Origin: a bacterium
GTDB lineage: Bacteria; Actinomycetota; Acidimicrobiia; Spongiisociales; Spongiisociaceae
Direction: 5' to 3'
Length of the DNA stretch: 64,000 nucleotides
Assembly: GCA_028821575.1 (NCBI GenBank)
Contig: JAPPFW010000051.1
Coordinates: 15,465-79,464 of the forward strand
This document shows positions 1 to 10,132 of the stretch, one piece after another (the first letter of the stretch is position 1; every line of letters starts with the position of its first letter). The notes beneath the pieces were generated by a model, which had not been told where the DNA came from, made no database searches, and saw only the letters and a program-made list of their open reading frames with translations. The position numbers and the translations under genes are program-made.

Positions 1-2
1 AA

Positions 3-479
3 GTGGCGGTGACCTGGTCGGACTTCCGCCAGGCCGAACCCGGTCTGGCTGTTGCTGTCCAGGAGAGGTTCGAGAGCCACCGCCACGCGGTGATGGCGAC
101 CCTCCGGCGCGACGGGGCACCCCGGCTCTCGGGCATGGAGGCCCCAATCCGGGATGGCCACTTGTGGTTGGCCATGGACGCCGTCTCCCGCAAGACGGAC
201 GATCTTCGTCGAGACCCGCGGTTCTCGATGCACAGTGCTCCCGACGGAGAGGAACTCTCAATGGGAGATGCCCGTATCGAGGGGCGTGCCCTGCTGGCGG
301 CGGACACGGACGTGGTCCTCTTCGTGCAAGGCCATCGCTTTCCCGTCGATGATCCCTCGACCATGGCGGTGTTCACGGCCGACATCACCCGCGTGGTTCT
401 TACTCGAGTGGAGGATCGGTCCCTCGTAGTGAGTGCATGGACCCCGGAGGGTGGGCTAGCCAGGACTCGCTTACCCTGA
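3..479 (+). CDS. pyridoxamine 5'-phosphate oxidase-like (PPOX-class flavin/F420-binding) protein
   Basis: 158-aa ORF from a GTG at the window edge. Size and motifs (RRDGAPRLSGM..., HLWLAM, RRDPRF, IEGRA) fit the split-barrel PPOX family. The start could lie upstream of the window. Confidence 0.6.
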   Translation: MAVTWSDFRQAEPGLAVAVQERFESHRHAVMATLRRDGAPRLSGMEAPIRDGHLWLAMDAVSRKTDDLRRDPRFSMHSAPDGEELSMGDARIEGRALLAADTDVVLFVQGHRFPVDDPSTMAVFTADITRVVLTRVEDRSLVVSAWTPEGGLARTRLP

Positions 480-589
480 CCAGCGGCCGGTTCGGCTCGC
501 AGGCGGAAGGTCGGACATGGCGGACCACCAGCACCGGGCAGGAGCCATCGATGGAGTCTTCGTGTGTTGCGGTTTTCGGAGACAGACCG

Positions 590-805
590 CTAGCGCCAGT
601 CTCTTTCCAATACGTGGATCGTTCCGACATCGGCTTCGGCGACATCCAACGCGAGGGCGATGAGGTCCCGTGCCATGCCTTCGACTTCCTCGAAGGTCTT
701 GGCTTGGGTGTAGTTGGCATCTAGCCCGAGAACCCTGGCCACCCACCAGTCGCCTTCCTGAAATGTCTCGACTTGATAGGTGATCGTCGTGGCGACAGAT
801 GTCAT
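590..805 (-). CDS. hicB: HicB-family antitoxin (type II TA)
   Basis: 71 aa, with an N-terminal HicB-like fold signature (TYQVETFQEGDWWVARVLGL...). It overlaps the upstream HicA-like ORF by 4 nt. Confidence 0.75.
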   Translation of the reverse strand: MTSVATTITYQVETFQEGDWWVARVLGLDANYTQAKTFEEVEGMARDLIALALDVAEADVGTIHVLERDWR

Positions 806-996
806 TGCACCGTCTTCCTCGCCCTCTTCAATATGCTCCTGGCTACACCCTCGCTGACCTCGCGGTGCCGCGGAACGTACAACTTCTCACCGCCTAGGCA
901 CCATACCTCATGTTTGCCTTCGCGCAGGAAGACCAAGTCGGTATCGGCCGACCTCGCGATATCCTGGAGGTGCTTTAGCAAGTCGCGCTTCTTCAT
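802..996 (-). CDS. hicA: HicA-family mRNA interferase toxin
   Basis: 64 aa, with MKKRDLLKHL...REGKHEVW...VPRHREV..G.ARSILKRA matching the HicA/YcfA pattern. Toxin-first order, coupled to hicB. Confidence 0.7.
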   Translation of the reverse strand: MKKRDLLKHLQDIARSADTDLVFLREGKHEVWCLGGEKLYVPRHREVSEGVARSILKRARKTVQ

Positions 997-1160
997 GGCT
1001 CAGATGCCTTTGTACCCCGGATAGGGGATCGTGGGAAGTGTCGGGATCAGGGCTGTCCGGCGTCGATGGCCATCCGGCGCAGAACACCAGAAGCAACGGC
1101 TATCAAGGCCGGATGCCTGAGCTGCGCCGGGTTAGCCGGTCGCGGCAGGAGCTTTGGGGC

Positions 1161-2048
1161 CTAGTTGGTGCTCAACTTGTGGTCGGCTAGCTGTTCGTAG
1201 GCCCTGACGAGCGCGGAGTGATCCCATCCTGCGCCGCCCTGTGCTGCACAGGCATCCATCAGATCTCGGCACACCGAGGTCATTGGCGTTGCAACCCCCA
1301 GCCGCCCCGCCTCGGCGAGCGCCAGACCCAGATCCTTCTGATGCAACTCGATCCGGCCCCCAGGTTCGAAAGCACGGTCGATCATCCGCTGACCGTGCAC
1401 GTCCAGGATCCGGGAGGATGCGAATCCTCCCAGTAGTGCCTCCCTGACCCGTACTGGATCCAATCCTGCTTTCGATGACAGGACCAACGCCTCGCTGACC
1501 GCTGCGATGTTGATGCCCACGATCATCTGGTTGGCGACCTTGCACGCTTGGCCAGAGCCTGACCCACCCACCAGCGTGACGGTCTGGCCCATGACGTCGA
1601 AAAGGGGTTTGACCCTCTCGAAGGGTTCTCGAGCGCCGCCCACCATGATGGACAAAGTGCCGTCCCTGGCGCCTAGGTCGCCACCCGACACCGGCGCGTC
1701 CAGGTACTCGCAGCCCAGTTCCCGGATGCGTTTGGCGAACACCTCGGTGGCGGACGGTGAGATCGAACTCATGTCGATCACCACCTTCCCGGGAGTCAAG
1801 CCGGCTGCCACCCCCCTGTCCCGGAACAGGGCGTTTTCCACCGCCGCGGTGTCGGGAACCATCGTGAATACCACATCGGATGCCTCTGCAAGTGCCTTGG
1901 CAGATTCCGCCAGCACGGCGCCGGCGTCGAGGAGGTCCTGCGGCGGAGCGGACCGGTGCTTGACGATGAACAGTCGATGCCCGGCATCCTGCAGGCGTCC
2001 GGCCATCGGCCGACCCATGATGCCCGTTCCTATGAACCCGATCCTCAT
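1161..2048 (-). CDS. NAD(P)-dependent 3-hydroxyisobutyrate / 2-hydroxy-3-oxopropionate reductase family dehydrogenase
   Basis: Rossmann N-terminus MRIGFIGTGIMGRPMA. I chose the ATG at 2048, preceded by GAGAGGTGA, over the longer track ORF starting at 2171. Confidence 0.85.
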   Translation of the reverse strand: MRIGFIGTGIMGRPMAGRLQDAGHRLFIVKHRSAPPQDLLDAGAVLAESAKALAEASDVVFTMVPDTAAVENALFRDRGVAAGLTPGKVVIDMSSISPSATEVFAKRIRELGCEYLDAPVSGGDLGARDGTLSIMVGGAREPFERVKPLFDVMGQTVTLVGGSGSGQACKVANQMIVGINIAAVSEALVLSSKAGLDPVRVREALLGGFASSRILDVHGQRMIDRAFEPGGRIELHQKDLGLALAEAGRLGVATPMTSVCRDLMDACAAQGGAGWDHSALVRAYEQLADHKLSTN

Positions 2049-2265
2049 CGTCACCTCTCGGTCTGATCTCCGCATGGCGAGACGGCGGTTCGCCACCGGA
2101 GCCGGCACCGCATGTCGTGGATTCACACCCGGTCTCCGAGCGGACGAACGCCACGCCTTCGGACCGCTCACCGCCTAGCCCACAGTAACCGGATGGCAGA
2201 GGGGGTCCCGCTGCCTCGGCGGTAAGATCGTCCGGCACCGGGAAACGACGATCGAAGGATGCGAC

Positions 2266-3105
2266 ATGGCACTGCCGACTATCAGCGAGCTTGTGAGCCT
2301 CGAGGGGAAGTGCGCCGTCGTTACGGGAGCAGCCCAGGGTTTCGGCGCTGCCATATCTCGACGTCTCGGCGAAGCGGGCGCCACGGTCTTCGTCGCCGAT
2401 CGGAATGTGGAGGGTGCCGAGCAATCGGCGGAGCGGTTGAGAGGTCTCGGATGCGACGCTATCGCGCACAGCGTGGACATCGCTGACAGGGGCAGGGTGG
2501 AGGCGCTGGTCGAGGCTGCGGTGGAACGGGCCGGCCGGGTGGACATACTGGTGAACAACGCCGGCATCTACTCCAACTACTACTTCTCGAACATGCCCCC
2601 AAAGGAGTTTGCCGACACGGTCTCGGTCAACGTGGTCGGCACCTTTCAGATGTCCCAGGCGGTCACCCAGCGGATGATGGCCGACCAGCAAGGTGGTTCC
2701 ATCGTGAACATTGCCTCGGTCGATGCGTTCAACACATCCGCGGAGGGCTTGGCCCACTACACGACCTCGAAACATGCCATCGGGGGGATGACCAAGTCGA
2801 TGGCGATCGAGTTGGCGGCCCACAACATACGGGTCAACGCCGTGTGTCCGGGCGCGGCCATGACCGAGGGGGCGATCGCCCTGGTCACCGCAGGTGCACC
2901 GGAGGGAATCGACGTGGAGGCACAATGGGACGGCATCAAGGAGAGGACGCCGCTCCGCCGTCTCTGCGACCCAGACGACGTGGCGAGGGCCGTGCTGTTC
3001 CTGGCTTCCGACATGGCCGCGTTCGTCACCGGCGCCTTCCTCGTCGTCGACGGCGGCATCCTGGTCCAACCTCTTGAGGGTTACGTGCCGGCGGCGGGTC
3101 ACTGA
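2266..3105 (+). CDS. SDR-family short-chain oxidoreductase
   Basis: TGAAQGFG cofactor motif, NNAG, and the YxxxK catalytic motif (YTTSKHA). GAAGGA RBS. Divergent from the dehydrogenase gene. Confidence 0.9.
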   Translation: MALPTISELVSLEGKCAVVTGAAQGFGAAISRRLGEAGATVFVADRNVEGAEQSAERLRGLGCDAIAHSVDIADRGRVEALVEAAVERAGRVDILVNNAGIYSNYYFSNMPPKEFADTVSVNVVGTFQMSQAVTQRMMADQQGGSIVNIASVDAFNTSAEGLAHYTTSKHAIGGMTKSMAIELAAHNIRVNAVCPGAAMTEGAIALVTAGAPEGIDVEAQWDGIKERTPLRRLCDPDDVARAVLFLASDMAAFVTGAFLVVDGGILVQPLEGYVPAAGH

Positions 3106-3372
3106 GCCTTGTGCACGCCCGCGTCTTGACTATGTGATGCTCGTTTTCGGGTCTCCGCGCGGGATCCAAACTGCCACGGGATCTAGCGACTACGGGCCCC
3201 TGCTTTTACTTGTAGGTTTCAACAATAGGCCATCTGGAGTGCAGCCAACTCCATATCTAGGCCCGTATTGGCCTCGGACGGCCCCGTATCGTGCCCTCAG
3301 CATAAGAGTTGTGTGTAGAGATTCTCCTGGGTAGCCTCATACATGTAGATATCCGCGTTAAGAAAGGGCAAC

Positions 3373-3777
3373 ATGCAGAGCAACTTGGTTAAGGGTGTCA
3401 TCCCTGGCGTCATGGCTGGCTACCTATTCCTCGCCTACGCCGGCGGGGGTATGCAAGACATGGTCGGCGGCATGATCAACGCCAACGACTTCGTAGGTTT
3501 CATCTTGCACGTCATCTTCAGTGCCATTATCGGCGCCCTCTACACGGCCTATTTCGCGCCGAACGTGAAACTGGGTAATCCCCTAGTGACCATCGTGGTA
3601 GGCGGTCTGATCTACGGTATTATCTGGTGGGTTGTGGGTGGCAACCTCATCATGCCGCTTATTGCCGGCAACGACGTATTCCAGTTTGGTCTAGGAGCCA
3701 GCTTCTATGGCCACATCATCTTCGGGCATGCTCTCGCGTTCCTCGTGATCCTGCGCGACATGGCGATGAGCGAGTAG
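3373..3777 (+). CDS. small polytopic membrane protein (4 predicted TM segments), function unknown
   Basis: 134 aa, hydrophobic and Gly-rich. It sits in a locally low-GC stretch with atypical codon usage. Confidence 0.6.
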   Translation: MQSNLVKGVIPGVMAGYLFLAYAGGGMQDMVGGMINANDFVGFILHVIFSAIIGALYTAYFAPNVKLGNPLVTIVVGGLIYGIIWWVVGGNLIMPLIAGNDVFQFGLGASFYGHIIFGHALAFLVILRDMAMSE

Positions 3778-3943
3778 AGAGGACTAGAAGCTCCGAGTGA
3801 GCGCGTCGGGCGGGGTGATTTGAAACTCTGGCCCGGCGCGCTGACAATTCAATCGAGACCCCTGTAGACAAGGCGTGGGCGACTCGATAAACCGGCTGTT
3901 TCGGAGGTTGTGTCAGTCCCGTGTTCCAACCGGCGGCGTGCGA

Positions 3944-5299
3944 TCAGTGCGCTAAGAAACCCGGTAGCTTGGCGTCGTCGAATCGGCCTGCCTCGACGTC
4001 GGCGAGGGCGCGGTCGAAGATGTCCAGAGCCTCGTCGGCGTCGCTCCGGGTGATGGTCAGCGGCGGGGTGATCTCCATCACGTTGCCGAACGCCAGCAGT
4101 GTCAGGCCGAGCTCGAAGCAGCGGTAGGCAAGCCGGTACGCATCCGTCTCCGCCGGCTCCCGTGTCTGCTGGTCCGTCACGAGTTCGACGCCGATCAGCA
4201 GGCCCTTGCCTCGTACATCGCCGATCAGCGGGTGGTCGGCCTTCATTGCTTCGAGTTTGTCGCGCAGGTAGCGGCCCATCTCGTCGGCGTTGCGGACCAG
4301 CCCCTCCTCCTCGATCACGTCCAGCACCGCCACGGCTGCGGAGCAGGACAACGGCGAGCCGCCCAGCGTGTAGGCGGTGTAGAGGTCGACGTCGAGAATC
4401 TCCTGGCGACCTACTACGGCCGACAGCGGGAAGCCTCCTCCCAGCGGTTTGGCAAGCCCGACCGCGTCCGCCTCGATCCCGAAGTGCTCGAAGCCGAACA
4501 TTCGTCCTGTTCGCCCGAGACCGACCTTGACCTCGTCGAAGATCAACCAGATCCCCCGCTCGTCACACAACTCCCTTAGAGCCGGGAAGTAGTTGTCCGG
4601 GGGAACGATCTCGCCGCTGTCCGACTGGATGCTCTCGGCGAAGATCGCCGCGGTCTCGTCGGAGGGCGACACGTTCACCAGCAGGTCGTTCTTGAGGAAG
4701 TCGAGGCATCTCAGGGAGCATTCGTTCTTGTCGCACGGGCCCCAGGCACACCGGTAGGGGTTCGGGTAGGGCGCCTTGGTGATGTGGCCGCCCGGTATCG
4801 GCCGGGTCAGCGCACCATGGCCCGAGATGGCACCCGATCCGATCGTCATTCCGTGAAAAGCGCCGATGTAGGAGACGAGGCGCGGTCTTCCCGACGCGAT
4901 GGGCGCCACCTTGGCGAGCATGTCCATGGCGTCGGAGCCCGAAACGCCGAACCAGGCCTGCTTGGCGAAGTCACCCGGGAAGATATCGATCAGCCGCTCC
5001 GCCAACTCGACGGCGGGTTCGTGGATATAGCAGACGAGCGGACCGCTGTATTCGTTGTCGATGGCGTCCATGGCCGCCTGCCGCACCTTCGGGTGGCCGT
5101 ATCCCGTGGCGGCGGTTCCTCCGGTTGCCATCCAGTCGAGGTACTCGTTGCCGTCCTTGTCCCACATGCGGACCCCGTCCGACTTCGCAACTACGAAGGG
5201 GTACAGCCGGTATTTCATCGACGGCGTGATCACCGCCTCGTCTCGAGCCACGACGGCCCGGCTACGTGTCAGGTCTCGCTTACCGGAAGGATCTGGCAT
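3944..5299 (-). CDS. class-III (omega/GABA-type) PLP aminotransferase
   Basis: 451 aa with typical class-III blocks (DGNEYLDW, SGSDAMD, IFDEVKVGLGRTG). GAGGAG RBS lies 8 nt upstream of the ATG. Confidence 0.9.
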   Translation of the reverse strand: MPDPSGKRDLTRSRAVVARDEAVITPSMKYRLYPFVVAKSDGVRMWDKDGNEYLDWMATGGTAATGYGHPKVRQAAMDAIDNEYSGPLVCYIHEPAVELAERLIDIFPGDFAKQAWFGVSGSDAMDMLAKVAPIASGRPRLVSYIGAFHGMTIGSGAISGHGALTRPIPGGHITKAPYPNPYRCAWGPCDKNECSLRCLDFLKNDLLVNVSPSDETAAIFAESIQSDSGEIVPPDNYFPALRELCDERGIWLIFDEVKVGLGRTGRMFGFEHFGIEADAVGLAKPLGGGFPLSAVVGRQEILDVDLYTAYTLGGSPLSCSAAVAVLDVIEEEGLVRNADEMGRYLRDKLEAMKADHPLIGDVRGKGLLIGVELVTDQQTREPAETDAYRLAYRCFELGLTLLAFGNVMEITPPLTITRSDADEALDIFDRALADVEAGRFDDAKLPGFLAH

Positions 5300-5400
5300 G
5301 TGACATGCTCCTCAAGGCGCCGTACAAAGAGGGTATCCAGTCCAGGGTGGGGGAGCGGCGCCGCCGATCCTGCTGTTCGACACTGCGGAGTCGGTGGAGA

Positions 5401-7716
5401 TCACTCCGGGTGTAACAGTTCCCACACCACGTCGGGGCGCAGCGGGGTCCGGTCGACCTGCACGTCGAATGGAGCGAGCGCGTCCGCGACTGCGTTGGCG
5501 ATCGCAGGCGGCGATGCCAGCGTTCCGGACTCGCCGGCGCCGCGCACCCCGAGCGGGGTGTCCGAGGGCGACACGATGTTGTCAAGGGTCAGCCGGGGCA
5601 CCTCCATCGCGGACGGGAGCAGGTAGGCGGCGAAGCTGGCGGACGGGACCTGGCCCGACTCGTCATGGCTGACCTGCTCGTAGAGAGCCTGTCCGATTCC
5701 CTGGGCGATCCCTCCGTGGATCTGGCCGTCGACGATTCCCGGATTGATACTCACGCCGTAGTCGTCCACCGACACGAAGTCGAGGATCTTCACCTGTCCG
5801 GTCTCCGTATCCACCTCGACGACGGCCGCGTTGGCGCCGAAGGCGAAGTTGACGTCGGGAGGATCGTAGAAGGCGGTGGCTTCGAGCCCCGGTTCGAACA
5901 TCGGCCCGCAGCGCTTGAGGAAGTGCGCCTCCTCGGCCACCTCCTGCCACGAGACCGTGGACTCGGGGCTCCCGGCGACGGTGAACGAGCCGTCTGCGTA
6001 CACGATGTCCTCCACAGCGGCTTCCAGCATGGCCGCCGCCACCTGCCGGGCCTTCTCCACCACGCGCTCGGCCGCTATCAGAGCGGCATGGCCACCGACC
6101 ACCGCGCCCCTGCTCCCGTGCGTGCCGCCCCCGAACGGGATCGTCTCGGTGTCGCCGTGCACCACCGTGATGTGGTCGAAGGGGATCTGCAGCCGGTCCG
6201 AGACGATCTGGGCGACGACGGTGTCCGAACCCTGCCCCTGGGGCGAGAGCCCCGAGTAGGCGACCGCCTTGCCCTGGGGGTCCACCCGGATGAGGGTCGA
6301 CTCGTGGCCGGGGAAGAACTTCATCGGGTTCCAGTCGTGGCCCGACGGGGAGAAGCCGCACAGCAGGTTGTAGGTTGCGAAACCGATCCCGATATGGCGA
6401 CCTGATCTCCTCGCCTCCGTCTGACGAGTCCGCACCGACTCGTAATCGACCAGCTCGACCGCTCTCCTCAACAGGGCGGGGTAGTCGCCGCCTGTGTAGG
6501 TCAGGCCGAATGGGGTCTGGTAGGGGAGTTGATCGGGAGCGACGAGGTTGCGCAGCCGGATCTCGACCGGGTCCATTTCGAGTTCGCGGGCCGCTTCCTC
6601 GATCATTCGCTCCAGCACGAAGGTGGCCTCGGCACGTCCGGAACCGCGCAATGCCTCGATGGACATCTTGTTGGTGAACACCTTCTCCAGCTTGATGTCG
6701 ACACTTGGAATGTCGTAGTTGCCGGTGAGCGTGTCGATCGTCAGGTCCGGAACGACGGGGGTGAAGAAGTGGAAGTAAGCGCCGAGATCGCCGACGAAGT
6801 GGCTGCGGAGAGCCAGGATTCTCCCCCGGGCGTCGAGGGCTAGTTCCGCATCGTGGATCTGGTCCCTGGCGTGGACGCCGGCCGTGAAGTTCTCGGTCCT
6901 GGTCTCGACCCACTTCACCGGGACACCCAGCTTCAGCGCAGCCCAGATGACCGCTAGCTCGTCGGAGTACAGGTTGAGCTTGCTGCCGAACCCTCCGCCC
7001 ACATCGGGGGCGACGATCCTCAGCTTGGACTCGTCTAGCTCGAAGATGTGAGCCAGCCAGGTGCGCAGGGTGTGGGGACCCTGGCACGACAGCCACACGG
7101 TCAGGTGGCCGGAGGCCGGTTCCGGCACTGCTAGGATGGCTCGCGGTTCCATGGGCGAAGCGGAGATGCGCTGAACCGCCAGCCGCCGCGTGACTACATG
7201 GGCGGCCCTGGCGAACGCCTCGTCGGGATCCCCGATCACCTTGTGTATCTCGCCGATCTTGTTGGTTCCCCAATCCGGATGCACCAGCGGCGCGCCGGGG
7301 GTGAGCGCCTCCCACGGATCAAGGACATGGGGGAGGGCTTCGTAGTCGACATCGACCCGCTCCGCGCCATTGACGGAAGTCCTCGGGTCTCGGGCCAGCA
7401 CCATCGCCACCGGCTCGCCCGCGTAGTGGACCCGATCCCCTGTAAGGGGGGTCCTCGGTGGCGCGTCGTCGGCTGCGGCGGTCGGGATCAGGGGCATCCC
7501 CGCAGCCGACTCGGATCCGGAGAACGCGGCGAACACACCAGGCGTCTCCAGTGCGTCCACCAGGTCGACGGATGTGATGTCGGCGTGGGCGAACGGGCTT
7601 CGGACGAACGTGGCGTGGACCGTGTGGGCCACGGTGAGGTCGTCTACGTACCGGCCTTGGCCCGCCAGGATGCGAGGATCCTCCTTGCGGGGTAGCCGGG
7701 CGCCGACGGCGGTCAT
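5401..7716 (-). CDS. xanthine dehydrogenase family molybdopterin-binding large subunit (CoxL-like, not form I)
   Basis: Starts [27 protein letters not shown]. The ATG at 7716 overlaps the small-subunit stop (ATGA). The track ORF extended to 8043 reads an alternative frame through coxS. The active-site loop reads ALRGSGR, not the form I AYRCSFR. Confidence 0.9.
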   Translation of the reverse strand: MTAVGARLPRKEDPRILAGQGRYVDDLTVAHTVHATFVRSPFAHADITSVDLVDALETPGVFAAFSGSESAAGMPLIPTAAADDAPPRTPLTGDRVHYAGEPVAMVLARDPRTSVNGAERVDVDYEALPHVLDPWEALTPGAPLVHPDWGTNKIGEIHKVIGDPDEAFARAAHVVTRRLAVQRISASPMEPRAILAVPEPASGHLTVWLSCQGPHTLRTWLAHIFELDESKLRIVAPDVGGGFGSKLNLYSDELAVIWAALKLGVPVKWVETRTENFTAGVHARDQIHDAELALDARGRILALRSHFVGDLGAYFHFFTPVVPDLTIDTLTGNYDIPSVDIKLEKVFTNKMSIEALRGSGRAEATFVLERMIEEAARELEMDPVEIRLRNLVAPDQLPYQTPFGLTYTGGDYPALLRRAVELVDYESVRTRQTEARRSGRHIGIGFATYNLLCGFSPSGHDWNPMKFFPGHESTLIRVDPQGKAVAYSGLSPQGQGSDTVVAQIVSDRLQIPFDHITVVHGDTETIPFGGGTHGSRGAVVGGHAALIAAERVVEKARQVAAAMLEAAVEDIVYADGSFTVAGSPESTVSWQEVAEEAHFLKRCGPMFEPGLEATAFYDPPDVNFAFGANAAVVEVDTETGQVKILDFVSVDDYGVSINPGIVDGQIHGGIAQGIGQALYEQVSHDESGQVPSASFAAYLLPSAMEVPRLTLDNIVSPSDTPLGVRGAGESGTLASPPAIANAVADALAPFDVQVDRTPLRPDVVWELLHPE

Positions 7717-8180
7717 TGCTGCACGCCGCCGGCCGGGCCGGAGAGGATGGCGTCGACGATGTGCTGGTAGCCGGTGCAGCGGCAGAGGTTGCCCTCCAGC
7801 GCCTTGCGAACCTCCGACTCGGTCGGTTCGGGGTTCTGCCGCAGGAAGGCGGTGGCGGCCATCAGGAAGCCGGACGTGCAGAATCCGCACTGGAGGGCGA
7901 AGTGATCGGTGAATGCCTGCTGCAGCGGTGAGAGCCTCCCGCGGTCGGCGAGCCCTTCCACCGTCTCGATCTCCCTGCCGTCGGCTTGACCGGCCAGCAC
8001 GGTGCAGGACTTGACCGCGGCCCCGTCCAGAATCACGGTGCACGCGCCACAGCTGCTGGTGTCGCAGCCCACGTGGGTTCCTGTCAGTTGAAGCTCCTCC
8101 CGGAGCAGGTGCACCAGCAGCGTCGAGGGATGGCAGTCGACGTCGACCCTGGCGCCGTTGACCACCACGCCGACCTTCAT
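7713..8180 (-). CDS. (2Fe-2S)-binding small subunit (CoxS-like)
   Basis: 155 aa with two Cys clusters ([11 protein letters not shown] and CGFCTSG...CRCTGY). Coupled to both neighbouring subunits. Confidence 0.9.
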   Translation of the reverse strand: MKVGVVVNGARVDVDCHPSTLLVHLLREELQLTGTHVGCDTSSCGACTVILDGAAVKSCTVLAGQADGREIETVEGLADRGRLSPLQQAFTDHFALQCGFCTSGFLMAATAFLRQNPEPTESEVRKALEGNLCRCTGYQHIVDAILSGPAGGVQQ

Positions 8181-9034
8181 CCGCCGGCTCCCCGTTGGGT
8201 GGCGCGCCGGATGGCGCGCTCGGCCAGGACCCTCACGAGTTCGCTCTTGTAGCGTGAACTGCCGCGGTCATCGCCGGGCATCCTGACGGCGGAGGCGGCG
8301 GAGGCGGCGCGGGCGATGGTCGAAGGATCGGTGTCCGATCCCACCAGGAGGGTCTCGGCTTCCGCCGCTCGTGTGGCGACCTGCTCGCCCCCCGTCACCG
8401 CGATCCCAGCACCGGTAACGCGTCCTGCCCCGTCCATGGTCATCTGGACGGCTACGCCCGCTACCCCGTAGTCGGCCGCCGCGCGCTTCATCTTCTCGTA
8501 CGCCCCGGCCGCCCCGCCGGGCAGCCGGACCGCGGTGATCAACTCGCCCGGCCGCAACGAGGTCTCGAACGGCCCTGCGAAGAGGTCGTCGCTTTCGATG
8601 ACCCGCGTGCCCTTCGCTCCCTCGACGACGACCCTTCCCCGGGCGGCCACCAGTGCGGCGGGGAGGTCGTTGAGGGGATCGGCGTGGGCCAGGTTGCCGC
8701 CCACGGTTCCGAGATTGCGGACGAGCGGGTCCGCGATCACCGCGGCGGTGTCGGCCCATAACGGGGAGAGGGAACGGACCATCGGGCTCTCCGACACCCG
8801 GCTCGTCGTCACGAGGGCACCGATCTCGAGCACGTCCCCGGAGGACTCGATGGAGTCCAGACCTTGGATCCTTCCCAGGTCGACGACAACGGTTGGGCGG
8901 ACCAGCCTGAAGCGCAGCATGGGGATGAGACTCTGGCCCCCTGCGAGCACCACCGAGTCTTCCTCGCGGTTCAAGACCGCGATGGCGTCCTCGAGGGTTG
9001 CGGACGAGCGGAACGCGAAGTCAGGCGGACGCAT
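8177..9034 (-). CDS. FAD-binding medium subunit (CoxM-like)
   Basis: 285 aa with [14 protein letters not shown] and [12 protein letters not shown] motifs of the molybdopterin dehydrogenase FAD-binding domain. Confidence 0.9.
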   Translation of the reverse strand: MRPPDFAFRSSATLEDAIAVLNREEDSVVLAGGQSLIPMLRFRLVRPTVVVDLGRIQGLDSIESSGDVLEIGALVTTSRVSESPMVRSLSPLWADTAAVIADPLVRNLGTVGGNLAHADPLNDLPAALVAARGRVVVEGAKGTRVIESDDLFAGPFETSLRPGELITAVRLPGGAAGAYEKMKRAAADYGVAGVAVQMTMDGAGRVTGAGIAVTGGEQVATRAAEAETLLVGSDTDPSTIARAASAASAVRMPGDDRGSSRYKSELVRVLAERAIRRATQRGAGG

Positions 9035-9100
9035 CTGTGGCTGCCGGAGTCGGTCCGGTCCGGCTCGAACCCGACCTCCTGAACAGACATCGGGCTGGAC

Positions 9101-10132
9101 TCATAAACCGTCGCCTTCCCAGGGTCGCGGCCTCACATGGCAAGCTACCAGGTGCCCGGGTTCCGTGCTCTCGAGGGTGGGTTCGACCTGGTGACACAAG
9201 TCCTCGACGAACGGGCATCTGGTGGAGAACTTGCATCCCGGCGGCATGTCGAGGGGCGAGGGAACGTCTCCGCGCAGCGGCGCCTCGCTCTGGTGGTGCG
9301 GGTTCGGGTCGGGCCGCGAGGCCAGGAGGGCCTGGGTGTAGGGATGCTCTGGTCGGCCGAACACCTTCTCCAGTGGCCCGCGCTCGACGATCCTCCCCAT
9401 GTACATGACCGCCACCGTGTCGGCCACCTGGGAGACGACGGAAAGCTGGTGGGCGATGAAGATCATCGTCAGCCCCAGGCGCGCTTGCAGATCCCGGAAG
9501 AGGTTGATGATCTGGGCCTGGATCGAGACATCGAGGGCGCTCACCGGTTCGTCGGCGACGAGCATGTCCGGGCCGACCGCCAAGGCCCGGGCGATGGCCA
9601 CCCGCTGCCGCTGCCCGCCGCTCAGCTGCCTGGGACGCCGGTCGGCCAGGGTGGCGGACAGCCCGACGCTCTCAAGATGCCTGGCCACGAATTCATCGTC
9701 GTGTCCGGCCTCCACGAGACCGTGCACCTTGCCGGCTTCGAGGATCGCCGCGCCCACCGTGAGGCGGGGGTTCAGGGAGGTGAACGGGTCCTGGAACACC
9801 ATCTGGACCCTTCGGCGTAGCCTCCGCAGGTCGGTCCCCTCTATGGATCGCACGTCGATGCCGTCGAATCGGACCGTTCCGTTATCGGGGTCGACCAGGC
9901 GGATCAGGCAGCGGCCCAGGGTGGTCTTGCCGCTTCCCGACTCGCCCACGATGCCCAACACCTCACGCCGGCGCACGCCGAAGGAGACCTTCTCGACGGC
10001 GACCAACCGACGGGTAGGAGCCCGCCTGATCCGTTCCCCCAACGTACGGCGCACCGGGTAGGCCTTGGTCAGGCCGTCGACCTGGAGCAGGACGTCCCCG
10101 CTCGAGCCCTCGGAGTGGCGGTTCCCGGTCAC
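9101..10132 (-). CDS. peptide ABC transporter ATP-binding protein (DppF/OppF type)
   Basis: Walker A GESGSGKTT, signature LSGGQRQR, Walker B LVADEP. The GTG at 10132 has AGGAGG 7 nt upstream and overlaps the preceding stop (GTGA), so I prefer it to the track start at 10288. Confidence 0.85.
   Translation of the reverse strand: MTGNRHSEGSSGDVLLQVDGLTKAYPVRRTLGERIRRAPTRRLVAVEKVSFGVRRREVLGIVGESGSGKTTLGRCLIRLVDPDNGTVRFDGIDVRSIEGTDLRRLRRRVQMVFQDPFTSLNPRLTVGAAILEAGKVHGLVEAGHDDEFVARHLESVGLSATLADRRPRQLSGGQRQRVAIARALAVGPDMLVADEPVSALDVSIQAQIINLFRDLQARLGLTMIFIAHQLSVVSQVADTVAVMYMGRIVERGPLEKVFGRPEHPYTQALLASRPDPNPHHQSEAPLRGDVPSPLDMPPGCKFSTRCPFVEDLCHQVEPTLESTEPGHLVACHVRPRPWEGDGL

Noticed and set aside
1132-3102. 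656-aa ORF on the minus strand
   Set aside because: It runs antisense or out of frame through two well-supported genes (dehydrogenase 1161-2048, SDR 2266-3105). It has Arg/Gly/Pro-rich composition typical of shadow ORFs in high-GC DNA, and no family resemblance.
5663-7315. 550-aa ORF in an alternative frame of the CoxL-like gene (with many similar long ORFs, e.g. 16029-17558, 18879-20213, 28263-29873, 53754-55211)
   Set aside because: All overlap genes with clear family motifs. Their translations are low-complexity and Arg/Pro/Gly-rich. They are GC-driven open frames, not genes.
7717-8043. N-terminal 109-aa extension of the large-subunit ORF in the track (5401-8043)
   Set aside because: The extension reads an alternative frame across the coxS-like gene. 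The conserved N-terminus [14 protein letters not shown] starts at 7716 with an ATGA overlap.
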